The notes: a model not told the origin generated them from the letters alone. Positions 9,628 through 20,186 are shown, numbered from the stretch's first letter. The stretch is DNA of 64,000 nt from Planctomycetota bacterium (GCA_965223265.1 OZ244999.1:9024001-9088000); one strand, 5' to 3'. Numbers and translations are program-made.

Positions 9628-10992
9628 ATGCGCACCTCTACGGACCCAAGCGTTGTTCTTGCCTTCTTCGTCGCCGTTGCGCTCACCAATGCCTCGTTTG
9701 GTGCGCCGCGAGACGCGTCTCCTTCGGCGCTCGACAACTGGCACCAGTGGCGCGGGCCGCTGGCGAACGGGTCTGCGCCGCGCGGCGATCCACCGCTGGC
9801 GTGGGATCAGCAGCGAAACATCAAATGGAAGGTAGAGATTCCTGGCGTCGGCAGTTCGACCCCGATCGTTTGGGATGATCGCGTGTTTTTGCTGACCGCC
9901 ATAAGGACTGACCGCGTTGACGAGAGCGTGCCACCCGCTGACCAGCAACCCGATCGACCGTTCGGTATCAAGTTTCCGCGGCATGTTTACCAGTTCGCGG
10001 TCATGAGCCTGCGTCGAGCTGACGGGAAGATCGAGTGGCAACGCGTTGTCCACGAAGGATTGCCGCATGAGGGGCACCATCCGGACAACGACTTCGCGTC
10101 GTCTTCGCCAACCACAGACGGGAAGCGCCTCTACGTCTCCTTTGGCTCGCGCGGCATCTATTGCCTCGGACTCGACGGCGAGACGAAGTGGTCACGTCGC
10201 CTCGGCGAGATGAAGACTCGGCTCAGTTTCGGCGAAGGTACGTCACCAACCCTTCACGAGGACTCACTCATCGTCAACTGGGACCACGACGGTCCGTCGA
10301 GAATCTTTGTGTTGGACGCGCACAGTGGAGACACTCGGTGGCAAAAGGATCGTGATGAGATGTCCGCGTGGTCGACGCCGCTTGTCGTTGAGGCTGCTGG
10401 CAAGACCCAGGTGGTGGTCAACGGCAGCAACCGCGTGCGCAGCTATGATCTCGCCAGTGGCGATTTGATTTGGGAGTGCGGTGGGCAAGTGAAGAACGTC
10501 ACGCCGTCGCCGGTTGCCCACCGCGGCCTGGTTTTTTGTATGAGCGGCTACAAGGGCAGTGCCGTTGTCGCGATGCCGCTCGATGCGACTGGCGACATCT
10601 CCGGCACGTCGCGGATCGCATGGCAGCACGAGCGAGGCGCGCCGTACATTCCGTCGCCCCTTCTCGTCGGTGACGTGCTCTACTACACCCAGTCGAACAG
10701 CGCGATTGTGTCGTGCGTCCGCGCTGCAACCGGTGAGCCGCTCTATGGTCGCCAGCGCCTGCCCGGGTTGCGGAAGATCTATGCCTCACCTGTGGCTGCA
10801 GCCGGTCGCGTCTATATCGTCGATCGCGAGGGCACGACGATTGTTTTGGCGGCGGGATCTGAAATGAAGGTGCTGGCGACGAACCGCCTGGACGATCCGA
10901 TCGATGCGTCACCGGCGATCGTCGGCAACGAGCTCTTTCTTCGCGGTCAACGCTACCTCTACTGCATCGCGGCGGCGCCAGCCGGTTCGTAG
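9628..10992 (+). CDS. PQQ-binding-like beta-propeller repeat protein (BamB-like, planctomycete-expanded family)
   Basis: Signal peptide; NWHQWRGP, NIKWKVEIPG.GSSTPIVW, ASSSPTTDG, WSTPLV, YASPVAA, ASPAIVG. Confidence 0.9.
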   Translation: MRTSTDPSVVLAFFVAVALTNASFGAPRDASPSALDNWHQWRGPLANGSAPRGDPPLAWDQQRNIKWKVEIPGVGSSTPIVWDDRVFLLTAIRTDRVDESVPPADQQPDRPFGIKFPRHVYQFAVMSLRRADGKIEWQRVVHEGLPHEGHHPDNDFASSSPTTDGKRLYVSFGSRGIYCLGLDGETKWSRRLGEMKTRLSFGEGTSPTLHEDSLIVNWDHDGPSRIFVLDAHSGDTRWQKDRDEMSAWSTPLVVEAAGKTQVVVNGSNRVRSYDLASGDLIWECGGQVKNVTPSPVAHRGLVFCMSGYKGSAVVAMPLDATGDISGTSRIAWQHERGAPYIPSPLLVGDVLYYTQSNSAIVSCVRAATGEPLYGRQRLPGLRKIYASPVAAAGRVYIVDREGTTIVLAAGSEMKVLATNRLDDPIDASPAIVGNELFLRGQRYLYCIAAAPAGS

Positions 10993-10993
10993 G

Positions 10994-12601
10994 TCATTCC
11001 GGGAGCTTGGTCGATCGACCCGCTGTGCGCCAGCTCGGTGAGCGAAAGATCTCGGGCGCATAGAACGGATACGTATCCCACGGGCTCTTGCCTGTCACAC
11101 GCGGGTCTTCAGTCAGCTTGAGGTATGCCTTCAGTCGCTCCGCGAGCTCGGCGCGCGTGGCCTCAAGCTCTGGCTGACCGGCGAGATTGGTGAGCTGATG
11201 CGGATCCTCTTTCATGTCGTAGAGCTCTTCTGCGGGGCGGCGGCCGAAGGCGAGCTGGAACAGGCGCGCGACGGCCGGGCGATCGGCAGCCGCGATCATG
11301 AAGCTCTTCGAGGCGCCGCGGTCGATGTCGCCGTAGAACCCTTGATGCGAAGAGACGAAGTCCGGCGCCCCTGCAGGCCAACGGTCCGGTTCGTAGTTGC
11401 GGATGTAGGTGTAGCGATGGGTATGGATGGCCCGCATCGGATAACCGAGCCCATCGCGGCGACAAATGGTGTGGCGTTCGAAGGCGGTGACGACGAAGTC
11501 GCGATCGGGGTCAGTACGTCCTTCGGCGGTCGAAACCAGCAGGTTCCGTAGACTGCGGCCGGTCATCGACGAGGGGACGCCGATCCCGGCGATCTCCAGG
11601 AGTGTCGGTGCGATATCGGTGAGCGACGTGAAGTCATCAAGTGTCCGCCCTGCAGGGATCCTTCGCGGCCAGCGGATCGCGAGCGGAACTCGGACCCCAA
11701 CGTCGTAAAGGTTGCATTTGGCTCGCGGCAGCGGATTGCCATGGTCGCTTGTGACGATCACGATGGTGTTATCGCTGAGCCCTCGGGCTTCAAGCAGATT
11801 GAGCATCGAGGCGAGATGCCGGTCGAAATGCTCGATCTCGAGGCCGTAGTCGAGAATCTCACCCCGCGTCGTTGGGTCGTCGGGCAAGCACCTTGGTAAG
11901 CGCGCGTCGGCCAGGTTCTTGCCAGCGCGCCGCCATGCCCCAACGTCGTAGCTCTGGTGCGGCTCGCTCGCGCCGAACCAGAAGAAGAACGGCCGGTCGA
12001 CGTCGCGCTCATCGATGAACTGAGAGAAGTTCGCGGCGTAGTCGATCGAACTGAGACCGCGCGTCTTCGTTTGCAGCCGCAGCGTGTTGTAGGCCTTCCC
12101 GGTGGGTGGTCGTTTCCAGCCACCGGGCTGCAAGCGACCAGGCGACCAGGTTTTTCCGGTCGAGGCGATCTCGTACCCTGTGTCCTCGAGAAGACGTGTG
12201 AACGTTGGGAATCTCTTGGGCAGGAAGCCCATGAGAACGCCGCCTTCCTCAAGTCGATAGATCTGTTGGCCGGTCAGGATGGCGCTACGGGCGGGCGTGC
12301 AAGACGGGCACGCGGTGAAGGCGTAGTTGAACAGCACTCCTCCGTGGGCGATGCGGTCAAAGGCCGGAGTCTTTGTGCCGCGGTCTCCGTAGGCGCCGGC
12401 GTGCATCCACGACTGATCGTCTGAGATCGCGAACAGGATGTGTGGGCGTTCGTCGACATGGGCTCCTGACTCTTCGCGTGCTGCACATGCGAGAGTCGAC
12501 GTGAAGCACACAGTGAACACAAGAACGTGCCTTGCGATGCCATACCTTCGAGGTGGCGACCACGATGGCCTGCTGCTGCTCCAGAGGTGATCCATACGCA
12601 T
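10994..12601 (-). CDS. Sulfatase (Cys-type, formylglycine-dependent)
   Basis: RPHILFAISDDQ, signature CTPARSAILTG, TSDHG, EELYD..EDPHQLTNLA. Start placed after the upstream stop; uncertain. Confidence 0.92.
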   Translation of the reverse strand: MRMDHLWSSSRPSWSPPRRYGIARHVLVFTVCFTSTLACAAREESGAHVDERPHILFAISDDQSWMHAGAYGDRGTKTPAFDRIAHGGVLFNYAFTACPSCTPARSAILTGQQIYRLEEGGVLMGFLPKRFPTFTRLLEDTGYEIASTGKTWSPGRLQPGGWKRPPTGKAYNTLRLQTKTRGLSSIDYAANFSQFIDERDVDRPFFFWFGASEPHQSYDVGAWRRAGKNLADARLPRCLPDDPTTRGEILDYGLEIEHFDRHLASMLNLLEARGLSDNTIVIVTSDHGNPLPRAKCNLYDVGVRVPLAIRWPRRIPAGRTLDDFTSLTDIAPTLLEIAGIGVPSSMTGRSLRNLLVSTAEGRTDPDRDFVVTAFERHTICRRDGLGYPMRAIHTHRYTYIRNYEPDRWPAGAPDFVSSHQGFYGDIDRGASKSFMIAAADRPAVARLFQLAFGRRPAEELYDMKEDPHQLTNLAGQPELEATRAELAERLKAYLKLTEDPRVTGKSPWDTYPFYAPEIFRSPSWRTAGRSTKLPE

Positions 12602-12603
12602 GT

Positions 12604-13812
12604 TCAATTGCCGACCGCAGCGTCGCGCAGAGCCAATCGGCAAAAGAGCTCGACACCTGTTGAGATGATCTTGTCGTTGAAGTCGAACTCCGCCTGGTGC
12701 AGCTGTGCCGTACTTTTGATCCCGCGTGGACAGGAGCCTACAAAAAAGAAGCACGAGTCGACTTCGTGGCAATAGAAGGAAAAGTCCTCACCACCCATGA
12801 CGGGAGATTCGACAGGCCGGACTCTCTCCTCTCCGAGCGCCCGCCGCGCGACTTGCTCGAACGCCCGGACGGCAGTCGCTGCATTGAACGTCACCGGATA
12901 CGCCTCATGGAGCGTGATTTCGGCGCTGCATTCATGGGCTCGGGCGGTGCTGGTGACGATTTCATGCAGTCGACCTTGCGCGCGTGACGTCGTCTCAGAG
13001 TTGAGGGTTCGGAGCGTCCCGGAGATCGTCGCGCTCGCCGGGATGACGTTGTAGGTCGAGCCCGCCAGAACCTTCGTCACCGACACGACGACCGAGTCAA
13101 GGGGGTCGACGGTTCGCGACGCGATCGTCTGCAGAGCCGAGATCACATGCGCCGCCGCAACAACCGGGTCTTTGCCGCGGTGGGGGAACGCGGCGTGAGC
13201 TCCGACGCCGGCAATGTTGATATCGAAGGATTGAGCAGCCGCGAGGAGGGGGCCTTGGCGTGACCCGACGAGCCCTTCGTCCCACGCGGGCCAGTTGTGG
13301 AGTCCAAAAATCTCAGTGACCGGAGCGCCGAGCTTTGATCCGTCGAGGCAGCCGTCCGCCACCATCCGCTTGCCGCCCGCGCCGACTTCTTCCGCAGGTT
13401 GGAAAACGAACATCACTGGACGCGGCAGCGGCGCACGCTGAGACAGCTGCGCCAGCACCCGCGCGGCGCCGAGAAGGATCGCGGTGTGCCCATCGTGTCC
13501 ACACGCGTGCATGACTCCTGGTGTGGTCGATCGGTGCGGGACTGTCGTCTTCTCCTCGATTGGTAGTGCGTCCATGTCGGCCCGTAGGCCGATCGCCTCT
13601 GAGGCGTGACCGGGGAGGTATCCAAGGACTCCGGTGCCTCCAGCGAGACCGGAGACGAACTGAACTCCGGCGCCCTCGAGCTCGCGCACAACGACCTGCG
13701 CAGTACGTTTCTCTTCATACCCGAGCTCAGGATGGGCGTGGAGGTCGCGACGAATCCGGATGAGTTCGTCTAACTGGTCATGAATGCAGCGTCGTAGGTC
13801 GTCGTCGCTCAC
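12604..13812 (-). CDS. M20 family amidohydrolase (hippurate hydrolase-like)
   Basis: RRDLHAHPELGYEE, LRADMDALP, MHACGHDGH, FQPAEE, GGEDF. Confidence 0.95.
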   Translation of the reverse strand: MSDDDLRRCIHDQLDELIRIRRDLHAHPELGYEEKRTAQVVVRELEGAGVQFVSGLAGGTGVLGYLPGHASEAIGLRADMDALPIEEKTTVPHRSTTPGVMHACGHDGHTAILLGAARVLAQLSQRAPLPRPVMFVFQPAEEVGAGGKRMVADGCLDGSKLGAPVTEIFGLHNWPAWDEGLVGSRQGPLLAAAQSFDINIAGVGAHAAFPHRGKDPVVAAAHVISALQTIASRTVDPLDSVVVSVTKVLAGSTYNVIPASATISGTLRTLNSETTSRAQGRLHEIVTSTARAHECSAEITLHEAYPVTFNAATAVRAFEQVARRALGEERVRPVESPVMGGEDFSFYCHEVDSCFFFVGSCPRGIKSTAQLHQAEFDFNDKIISTGVELFCRLALRDAAVGN

Positions 13813-13875
13813 AAGACTCTCCTGGTTGGCGGTAGGTCAGCCGACGCCCGGCACTCGGCAGAACGAGGCGTTCGT

Positions 13876-15054
13876 TCACTTTGAAGCGCTGCGATCGGCG
13901 GACGGATGCTCCGGGCGCAGGAGCTTTCCTTTTTTGTAGTCGACTCGAGTCTTATCGAGAATGTTCCCCTGGATAAGAATCGCTTTCTGCTCGGCGGTTT
14001 CGTCGTTGACCTCGATGATCACGTTTTCGAGCACGTTGCCGCTGACAATCGTATTCCCTGCCGAGAGCTTCACCAGCAGGGGTTTCGTTCGGTCAGTCGT
14101 ATGGAGGTGGTTGCTCGTGATGAGCGCGCCGTAGCCGCGCGCGTCGATTCCGTATTTACAACGTCCGCCGCGGTCGACGGTCAGGACGTTGCCGCTGATG
14201 ACGTGGCGCTGCGAGTTGGCCCACGAGCGAAAGGCGATGTCAAGGTCGCCACCCTCGAGGACGTGTACGATGTTGTCTGCCATGAGGATGGAGTTGGCGC
14301 GATCCGTGCCGATCGCTACGTGTGTGCGGCCTGTGATTTCGACGTAGTTGCCACGGATCTCTCCAGGCCCGGTGAGAATCTCCACCGAGTCGGACATCGC
14401 ATTGCCGAGAACGTTGTCGATCACTTTCATATTGTGACCTTCGAGCATGATGCCGAGGCGGCGCGCATTCACAACATGACAGTCGCGGACGGTTACGTGG
14501 TGGTTTGGCTTGCCGCTCGGTCCGCCAGGGCGCCGGTAGTACGCCTTGATGCCGCAGAATTCGAAGCGGGCGTGCGACACATTGGGGTCGCCATCGCCAT
14601 GCGGGTTTTGGTCGCGGTTGGCATCCACATAGAGGTCGCGAATGGTCACGTATCCGACATTCGATCCAATGATTCGGATGACGTTGGTGTTCTGCTCGGG
14701 CGCCTGAATGAGTCGAGTGCTTGGACCCTGACCGGAGAGCGTCACATTGCTGCGTTCGATCAGCACTCCACCGAGCCGTTTCTCGACCTTGCGAATGTCG
14801 TACGTACCCTCCATGAGCAGCACCATGCCGCCCGCAGCAGGAAGAGACTTGATGGCGCGGTTGATCTCCTCCTGGTCGCCGTCGCCATCGCCGACGAAGT
14901 CGGCAACGTCGCGAGATTTCGCAGCCGAGTCATGCGTCGCGACCACAACGGTAGCCACCGGCGCGGCGATGATCAGCGGAGCGCACAAGACGCCGCTGGC
15001 TAGAAGCGACCAACCGCGTGCCGACGACGCTGAGAGGTGTTTGAGGAGGTGCAT
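13876..15054 (-). CDS. Secreted right-handed parallel beta-helix (pectin lyase-like) protein
   Basis: Signal-like N-terminus; DQEEINRAI...GGMVLLMEGTY, SNVTLSGQG, repeated I.GN ladders. Confidence 0.75.
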   Translation of the reverse strand: MHLLKHLSASSARGWSLLASGVLCAPLIIAAPVATVVVATHDSAAKSRDVADFVGDGDGDQEEINRAIKSLPAAGGMVLLMEGTYDIRKVEKRLGGVLIERSNVTLSGQGPSTRLIQAPEQNTNVIRIIGSNVGYVTIRDLYVDANRDQNPHGDGDPNVSHARFEFCGIKAYYRRPGGPSGKPNHHVTVRDCHVVNARRLGIMLEGHNMKVIDNVLGNAMSDSVEILTGPGEIRGNYVEITGRTHVAIGTDRANSILMADNIVHVLEGGDLDIAFRSWANSQRHVISGNVLTVDRGGRCKYGIDARGYGALITSNHLHTTDRTKPLLVKLSAGNTIVSGNVLENVIIEVNDETAEQKAILIQGNILDKTRVDYKKGKLLRPEHPSADRSASK

Positions 15055-15127
15055 GAGTTTCTCCTGCGCTTTCCGTGTCCGATGTGGGGTGCTCGATGTT
15101 CGTCTCTGACGGTCCGACTGTGCGCCG

Positions 15128-15378
15128 ACTGCGAGTGCGAGTGCGATTGCGAGTGCGAGTGCGTGTGCGTGGGCGTGGGCGTGGGCGTGTGCGTGTGCGT
15201 GTGCGTGTGCGTGTGCGTGGGCGTGGGCGTGCGAACCTCCCCGCCTGTCTCTGTATCCGCCTCCGCTTCTGCCTCCGCCTCCGCCTCTGGTATCTGTCTC
15301 TGTATCCGCCTCCGCCTCCGCCTCTGTAGCTGAATCTGTATCTGAATCTGTATCCGCTTCTGCCTCCGCCTCTGCCTC
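15128..15378 (-). repeat. Bipartite hexamer-periodic repeat, copy C
   Basis: On the minus strand, a GAGGCA/GAGGCG/GATACA/GATTCA run starts right after the RluA stop, followed by (CACGCC/CACGCA/CACTCG)n. Confidence 0.9.
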
Positions 15379-16416
15379 CTATCTCCCCTCAACTCCGCCC
15401 GTCTTCGGACTCCTCGACTCGTCACTCTCACCGTTGAACCACGCGGGTGCTTGGACCACGAACGACATGAAACGACCTGCGCTTGGGTGGCGCAGCCGGA
15501 TCGACTGGGCATGGAGCGCCAGGCTGCCAGTCGCCGTTGTGAACGCGTCGCTGCGCGTGGGACCTTGCGGCGGCAGGTCGGAAGACGAAGACGTGTCGCC
15601 ATAGACCGTGTCGCCGACGATCGGACAGCCGATGAGTTGTAAGTGAAGCCGGATTTGGTGCGTGCGACCGGTGAGCGGTTCGACGCGAACGAGCGCGCTT
15701 CCATCGTCGAGGCGGTGGAGAGTACGGCAGCGAGTCACGCAGCGCCGTCCTTCGTCTAAGACCTGCCGTGAACCCGCGTGCCGTGGCTCTTTGGAGATCG
15801 GTGCGGTGATCGTGAGATTCTTGGAAGGTGGAGCGTCTCGGACGTGTGCGACGTAAATCTTTCTGACCCGACGGGCTTCAAACTCGCGCTGCAGTGCTCG
15901 GGCTGCCTGTTGTGTCTTGGCGATCAACTGAACGCCGGTCGTATCCGCGTCGAGCCGGTGCGGCAGACGCCATGCGACTTCCGGGTGGGCTGCAGTGAGG
16001 ATCGAGACGAGCGTGTTCTTGTTGAAACGTCCGCTTGGGTGGACGGGAAGCGGGGCCGGCTTGTTCACGGCGAGCAGCTCGTCGTCTTCGTAGAAGACCC
16101 GTATGTCATTGTCGACAGGTGGCTCGACGACCTTGGGCAAGAGGTGGACCAACGCCGCGCCGGCGCGGACCACCTCGTTGGCTTTGAGTGGCTTCCCATC
16201 TCGCAGGATGAGATGTGAGTCAACTTCGAGCTCCCATGCCGCTCGTGAGATGTGTGGAAAACGATGGCTCAGGAAACGTAGCAATCTCCATCCGTCGAAG
16301 CGTCCGGGTACGCGCAGCGGACGAGCGTTGTCGTAAGGCCTACTTCCCGGGAGCGGCGTTGTGTGCGCCGCGATTCTGACACGCCACTCCCTCAGCGAAG
16401 TCTTCGCAGCCGTCAT
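15379..16416 (-). CDS. RluA family RNA pseudouridine synthase
   Basis: YEDDELLAVNKPAPLPVHP, catalytic HRLDADTTG, TGRTHQIRLHL, PIVGD..YG, LALHA. ATG at 16416 (GTG at 16422 is an alternative). Confidence 0.93.
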   Translation of the reverse strand: MTAAKTSLREWRVRIAAHTTPLPGSRPYDNARPLRVPGRFDGWRLLRFLSHRFPHISRAAWELEVDSHLILRDGKPLKANEVVRAGAALVHLLPKVVEPPVDNDIRVFYEDDELLAVNKPAPLPVHPSGRFNKNTLVSILTAAHPEVAWRLPHRLDADTTGVQLIAKTQQAARALQREFEARRVRKIYVAHVRDAPPSKNLTITAPISKEPRHAGSRQVLDEGRRCVTRCRTLHRLDDGSALVRVEPLTGRTHQIRLHLQLIGCPIVGDTVYGDTSSSSDLPPQGPTRSDAFTTATGSLALHAQSIRLRHPSAGRFMSFVVQAPAWFNGESDESRSPKTGGVEGR

Positions 16417-16422
16417 GTACAC

Positions 16423-17631
16423 TCAATTTCCGCTGTCGAGAGAAACGGTTCCCGAGAACAACCCATCGGATTGACCCCACGCAATCACGGCCGTCTCGGA
16501 GTCGATGCAATGCGCCGCAATCGCCGTCACGTTCTGCGGTTTCAGGGCCGTTCGGATCACAGGCCTAAACGCCTTTCGCGAGATCTTCCAATACCCAACG
16601 TGTCCGTCGCCTGGTTTCGCTGTAGCGTCGTCTGGCACAGCCTCTTCCGTGATGCCGAAGAGGAACGCAACGCCGCCCGGCGTTTGCGCGAAGCAGAAGT
16701 TGCTACCGCGCCCGACCTTCGATTGAATGCGTGCGAGCTCGACGAAGCGTTTCTTTGGTCGACCTGCTGCCACCCACATCTCGAATGGTGATTCTGAGCC
16801 AGTCGTGTCTCCGTCAAGCGGAACCAGGACGTAGACAGGGCCGCGGGAAGAAGGGAAGATCGACGCTCCTCCCAGTGCGACGAAATCGAGCCCTTTAACT
16901 TTCTCGCTCGAGGCGGTTGGCTTGAATCGGTTGCAGGGCGACCAGAAAAGTTGTTCGTTCTTGGCGTAAAGCAATTGCGCGCGATTGGCGGTGGAGCCGA
17001 CGACACGGGCGTACAGGACAGTACGGTTGATCTCGGGTTGCTTGGGCAGCGACTCGAAGAGCTTTTTGTATCCCCTGCGGGAAATTTCTCCGGCGAAGAG
17101 ACCTGTTCCACGCGGCCCGGTGCCCTGAGAGTAGGCAACGGCTCGGCCTCCCGATTTTGGGAAGAGTACCGGCACGCGGCGCTGAGAACGAAACTTGGCT
17201 GCAGCGGTGACGTTGAACCAATCGCTTTCGGGCTGCGCACGGCTGGAGTACTTGCGGTGGAAAACATGAGTGAGTTCTCCGACGCGTGCTGCAACGGCGA
17301 TATGAAGCCGCTCGTTTCTGTCGAGCACGAACGTGAGCCCGGAGAACGATTTGATGTGCTCGTTGTCATCGGCGGAAGCGATCTTGAAGCGTTCGCTGAA
17401 GGCCCCGTCTCGCCAGTGAACGTACGAAATGTCTCGCCCATCCGTCGTCAGGATCGCGAACCCTCCCTTGGTGTCACTGGCTGTCGCCAGGTGGGCCACT
17501 CCTGATTTGTGGAGCTGCTCGCCCGAAGACGGGGCGACGGCCGGATCCGCAGCACTGACCGTTGCCGCGGCGACCGTCGCGGCGGCTAAGAGGAGGCACC
17601 CGATCTCCCACCTGTCCACTCGTGGCTTCAT
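16423..17631 (-). CDS. Hypothetical exported protein
   Basis: GGAGG RBS before ATG 17631; signal peptide (CLLLAAATVAAATVSA); beta-rich, no recognised motif; co-oriented with neighbours. Confidence 0.65.
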   Translation of the reverse strand: MKPRVDRWEIGCLLLAAATVAAATVSAADPAVAPSSGEQLHKSGVAHLATASDTKGGFAILTTDGRDISYVHWRDGAFSERFKIASADDNEHIKSFSGLTFVLDRNERLHIAVAARVGELTHVFHRKYSSRAQPESDWFNVTAAAKFRSQRRVPVLFPKSGGRAVAYSQGTGPRGTGLFAGEISRRGYKKLFESLPKQPEINRTVLYARVVGSTANRAQLLYAKNEQLFWSPCNRFKPTASSEKVKGLDFVALGGASIFPSSRGPVYVLVPLDGDTTGSESPFEMWVAAGRPKKRFVELARIQSKVGRGSNFCFAQTPGGVAFLFGITEEAVPDDATAKPGDGHVGYWKISRKAFRPVIRTALKPQNVTAIAAHCIDSETAVIAWGQSDGLFSGTVSLDSGN

Positions 17632-17728
17632 GGTTCCTCCGCTCCTGTCACCGACGCCTTCCGACACGCCAAGCGTGCCGTGGGAGCTGTAGCCGCGGCG
17701 TTTACACGTGACAACCCGTTCACGCGTG

Positions 17729-18607
17729 TCAACTCCGCCGCGGCGGAGAATTCGCCGACGGCGCCCGGCCCGCTATCTTACCATCGGCACAGTAGAGGCA
17801 CGCAACGTTTGGGATGTAACTCGGGAGCTTCTGTTCTGCCGTCGTCAGTGGCTGGCCGCAGCTGAAACATTGGATCGTGTCGGTTTCTGCTAGGTCTCCG
17901 TCGAGTGCCACGCGCCGATCGTAGACGAAGCATTCGCCTTCGTAGTGTTCGTCGCCAACTTGCTCGAAGTAGCGCAGGATGCCACCGTCGAGCTGATAGA
18001 CTTCCGGGAAACCGGAGGAGACCAGTAGAGCGGCTGCTTTCTCACATCGAATGCCACCGGTGCAAAATGTCACGAGCGGTCGTGACGGTTCGACTTGGTC
18101 TTTGAGACGCTCGACCGCGCGCGGAAACTCGCGGAACGTGGAGATGTTCAGGTGCTCGGCGCCGCGAAACGTACCGAGGCGCACCTCGTAGTCATTGCGC
18201 GTGTCCAAGAGTGTCACTTCTTTCGCCGAGTCTAACCACTTCTTCAATGCGGCCGCCTGGATCCTCGGTGCGGTTGACTGCGCCGGTGCCACATCTGGGA
18301 CGCCAAACGCTATGATCTCTTTTTTGAGTCGGACGAGCATGCGGCGAAATGGGGCATACGTCGAACAGCTTTCTTTGTAGTCGAGGTCACGAAACTGCTC
18401 GAACGATCCGATCCACGTTTTGAACGATTTCGCAGCGTCGGCCGTTCCGGCGACATTGATGTTGATGCCTTCGTGGCTGAGGAGGATCGTGCCGCGCAGG
18501 TCGAGGCGTTCGCATTCCTGACGCAACTCTTGACGCAGCGATTCGAGGTTGTCGAGATCGACAAAGCGATAAGCGGCGAGATTTGTCATCGGTCCTGTCT
18601 TTGTCAC
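17729..18607 (-). CDS. trhO: Rhodanese-related tRNA uridine(34) hydroxylase TrhO/YceA-like
   Basis: LRGTILLSHEGIN, LLDTRNDYEV..GTF, FCTGGIRCEKA, YQLDGGILRY, CFVYDRR, C-terminal CxxC...CxxC. Confidence 0.85.
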   Translation of the reverse strand: MTKTGPMTNLAAYRFVDLDNLESLRQELRQECERLDLRGTILLSHEGININVAGTADAAKSFKTWIGSFEQFRDLDYKESCSTYAPFRRMLVRLKKEIIAFGVPDVAPAQSTAPRIQAAALKKWLDSAKEVTLLDTRNDYEVRLGTFRGAEHLNISTFREFPRAVERLKDQVEPSRPLVTFCTGGIRCEKAAALLVSSGFPEVYQLDGGILRYFEQVGDEHYEGECFVYDRRVALDGDLAETDTIQCFSCGQPLTTAEQKLPSYIPNVACLYCADGKIAGRAPSANSPPRRS

Positions 18608-18623
18608 AAGCTCACCAACACGT

Positions 18624-20186
18624 TCATGCCGTTCCCAGCAGAGCGCTCGCTTCAGACCAAACTGCCCAAACTGCGAAGAACCCGAAAAAGAGAATTGCCC
18701 ACAACATGATCAGCAATCGAGGCCAACGCATTCGAATCGCCGGCGGGAGCTTCCATCGATTGAGGCACACCAGGGTGATGCAGTAGAGAAACATCACTAA
18801 TCCGTTCATTGCTGCGCTGAACTTGAAGAGGGCAAAGGCGCTGAATCTTTTCTCGCCGATCCAAAGGATCGTGCAGCCAATAAGGATCGTGGCCCAGAGG
18901 AAACAGTAGTAGACGCGGCTTTCGGTCCAGCGGTCACTCTCACGTAACCAATTGACCTTGACGATATCCGTGGAGACGCGACTCGCTGCGTCGAGCACGC
19001 CGAATTCGGTCGTCAGGAGCAGGGCGATTCCCATAAGCAGAAAGAGGAGCTTCGGGATGGCTCCGAACAACTCATCGATCCGCACGGCTTCACCCCAGAT
19101 GAAGCTCATGTTCTTCTGATACTGCTCCGCGCCGACGGCGAGCGTCCCGTCCGGCTCATAGAAGATGCAGTAACTGATCAGCGTCAGCAGGACAAGGCAG
19201 GCGAGACAGGTGCAGAAGAAGGACACGAAGTGTTCGGTGTTCGTTGCCTTCCACCACCGGCGCCAACGAGCAAGATTCTCTGCCGTTGGAGGGAACTGGT
19301 AGCCGACTTCGGAGATGGCCTCCTCTTGGCCGGTGATCGGGCTAGTGATACGGCCGATGAATCGCCCCATACCGTAGCCCTTATCTTTGATGTAGTTGCT
19401 CTGACACAGATTGAGTGTCCCGCCGACACCGGCAAACGCGAGAGCTCCAAGTAGCGTTGCCGCCGTGAGCTCGCCGCTGAGCTCCGGCAGTCCCCCGAAG
19501 TTGAGCGCACCCTCGATCTGCGCGGCAATCGCGTCCGGTCGAACGAGATAGGCGGCGAGAACGACAACGAGTAGGAGCGCCAGTGACACCAAAACCAGCT
19601 GCACCTTTTCGATCGTCTCGTAGAGAACTTTTCCAGCCGTAAGAATCATGCCGCAGCAGAGAAGTCCACCGATTGCCAGCGGCGTTTCCGCCGGTGACGG
19701 CGACGAATCGCCCGTCCAAATCCAGCAAACGATCTTCGCCGAGCCGCGCGCCCAGCTTGGAACTACCCACGGTACGATGTTGAGCACCAAAAAAACCCAT
19801 GCCCAATGCTTGCTCAGCCGGGCAAACCCCGCGATCGCCGTTTCGCCAGTGGCGAGACTCCAGCGCGCGACTTCCATATTGATGAAGAACTGCGTCGTGA
19901 CACCCAGAAGGCAGGCCCAGAAGAATACGAACTGACTGGCGTACGTGATGTACGGCCAAAACACAAACTCGCCGCTGCCGAGCGCCAATCCGGCGAGAAT
20001 TACGCTCGGTCCCAGCATGCGCCGAAATGGGACGGGTTCGGGCAGGTCAGCAACCTTGAGAGGTGGCAAATCCCCGGGCGAGATCATGTCCTTTGACTCG
20101 TTTGCGGCCCCGACGCCGGACGGGCGCGGTGGCGTGGGCTGCGGAGCCGAAGGTTCGGTCGGATCGGAAGCGTCAGGGTCGTGCAT
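18624..20186 (-). CDS. Nramp-like / YcsG-type polytopic membrane transporter
   Basis: LGPSVILAGLALGSGE..FWP, ARWSLATGE, about 11 hydrophobic segments. Confidence 0.75.
   Translation of the reverse strand: MHDPDASDPTEPSAPQPTPPRPSGVGAANESKDMISPGDLPPLKVADLPEPVPFRRMLGPSVILAGLALGSGEFVFWPYITYASQFVFFWACLLGVTTQFFINMEVARWSLATGETAIAGFARLSKHWAWVFLVLNIVPWVVPSWARGSAKIVCWIWTGDSSPSPAETPLAIGGLLCCGMILTAGKVLYETIEKVQLVLVSLALLLVVVLAAYLVRPDAIAAQIEGALNFGGLPELSGELTAATLLGALAFAGVGGTLNLCQSNYIKDKGYGMGRFIGRITSPITGQEEAISEVGYQFPPTAENLARWRRWWKATNTEHFVSFFCTCLACLVLLTLISYCIFYEPDGTLAVGAEQYQKNMSFIWGEAVRIDELFGAIPKLLFLLMGIALLLTTEFGVLDAASRVSTDIVKVNWLRESDRWTESRVYYCFLWATILIGCTILWIGEKRFSAFALFKFSAAMNGLVMFLYCITLVCLNRWKLPPAIRMRWPRLLIMLWAILFFGFFAVWAVWSEASALLGTA

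Noticed and set aside
16423-16425. TGA read-through or selenocysteine joining the hypothetical protein to RluA
   Set aside because: The upstream protein appears exported while RluA is cytoplasmic, an ATG follows within a few codons, and no SECIS-like hairpin was recognised.
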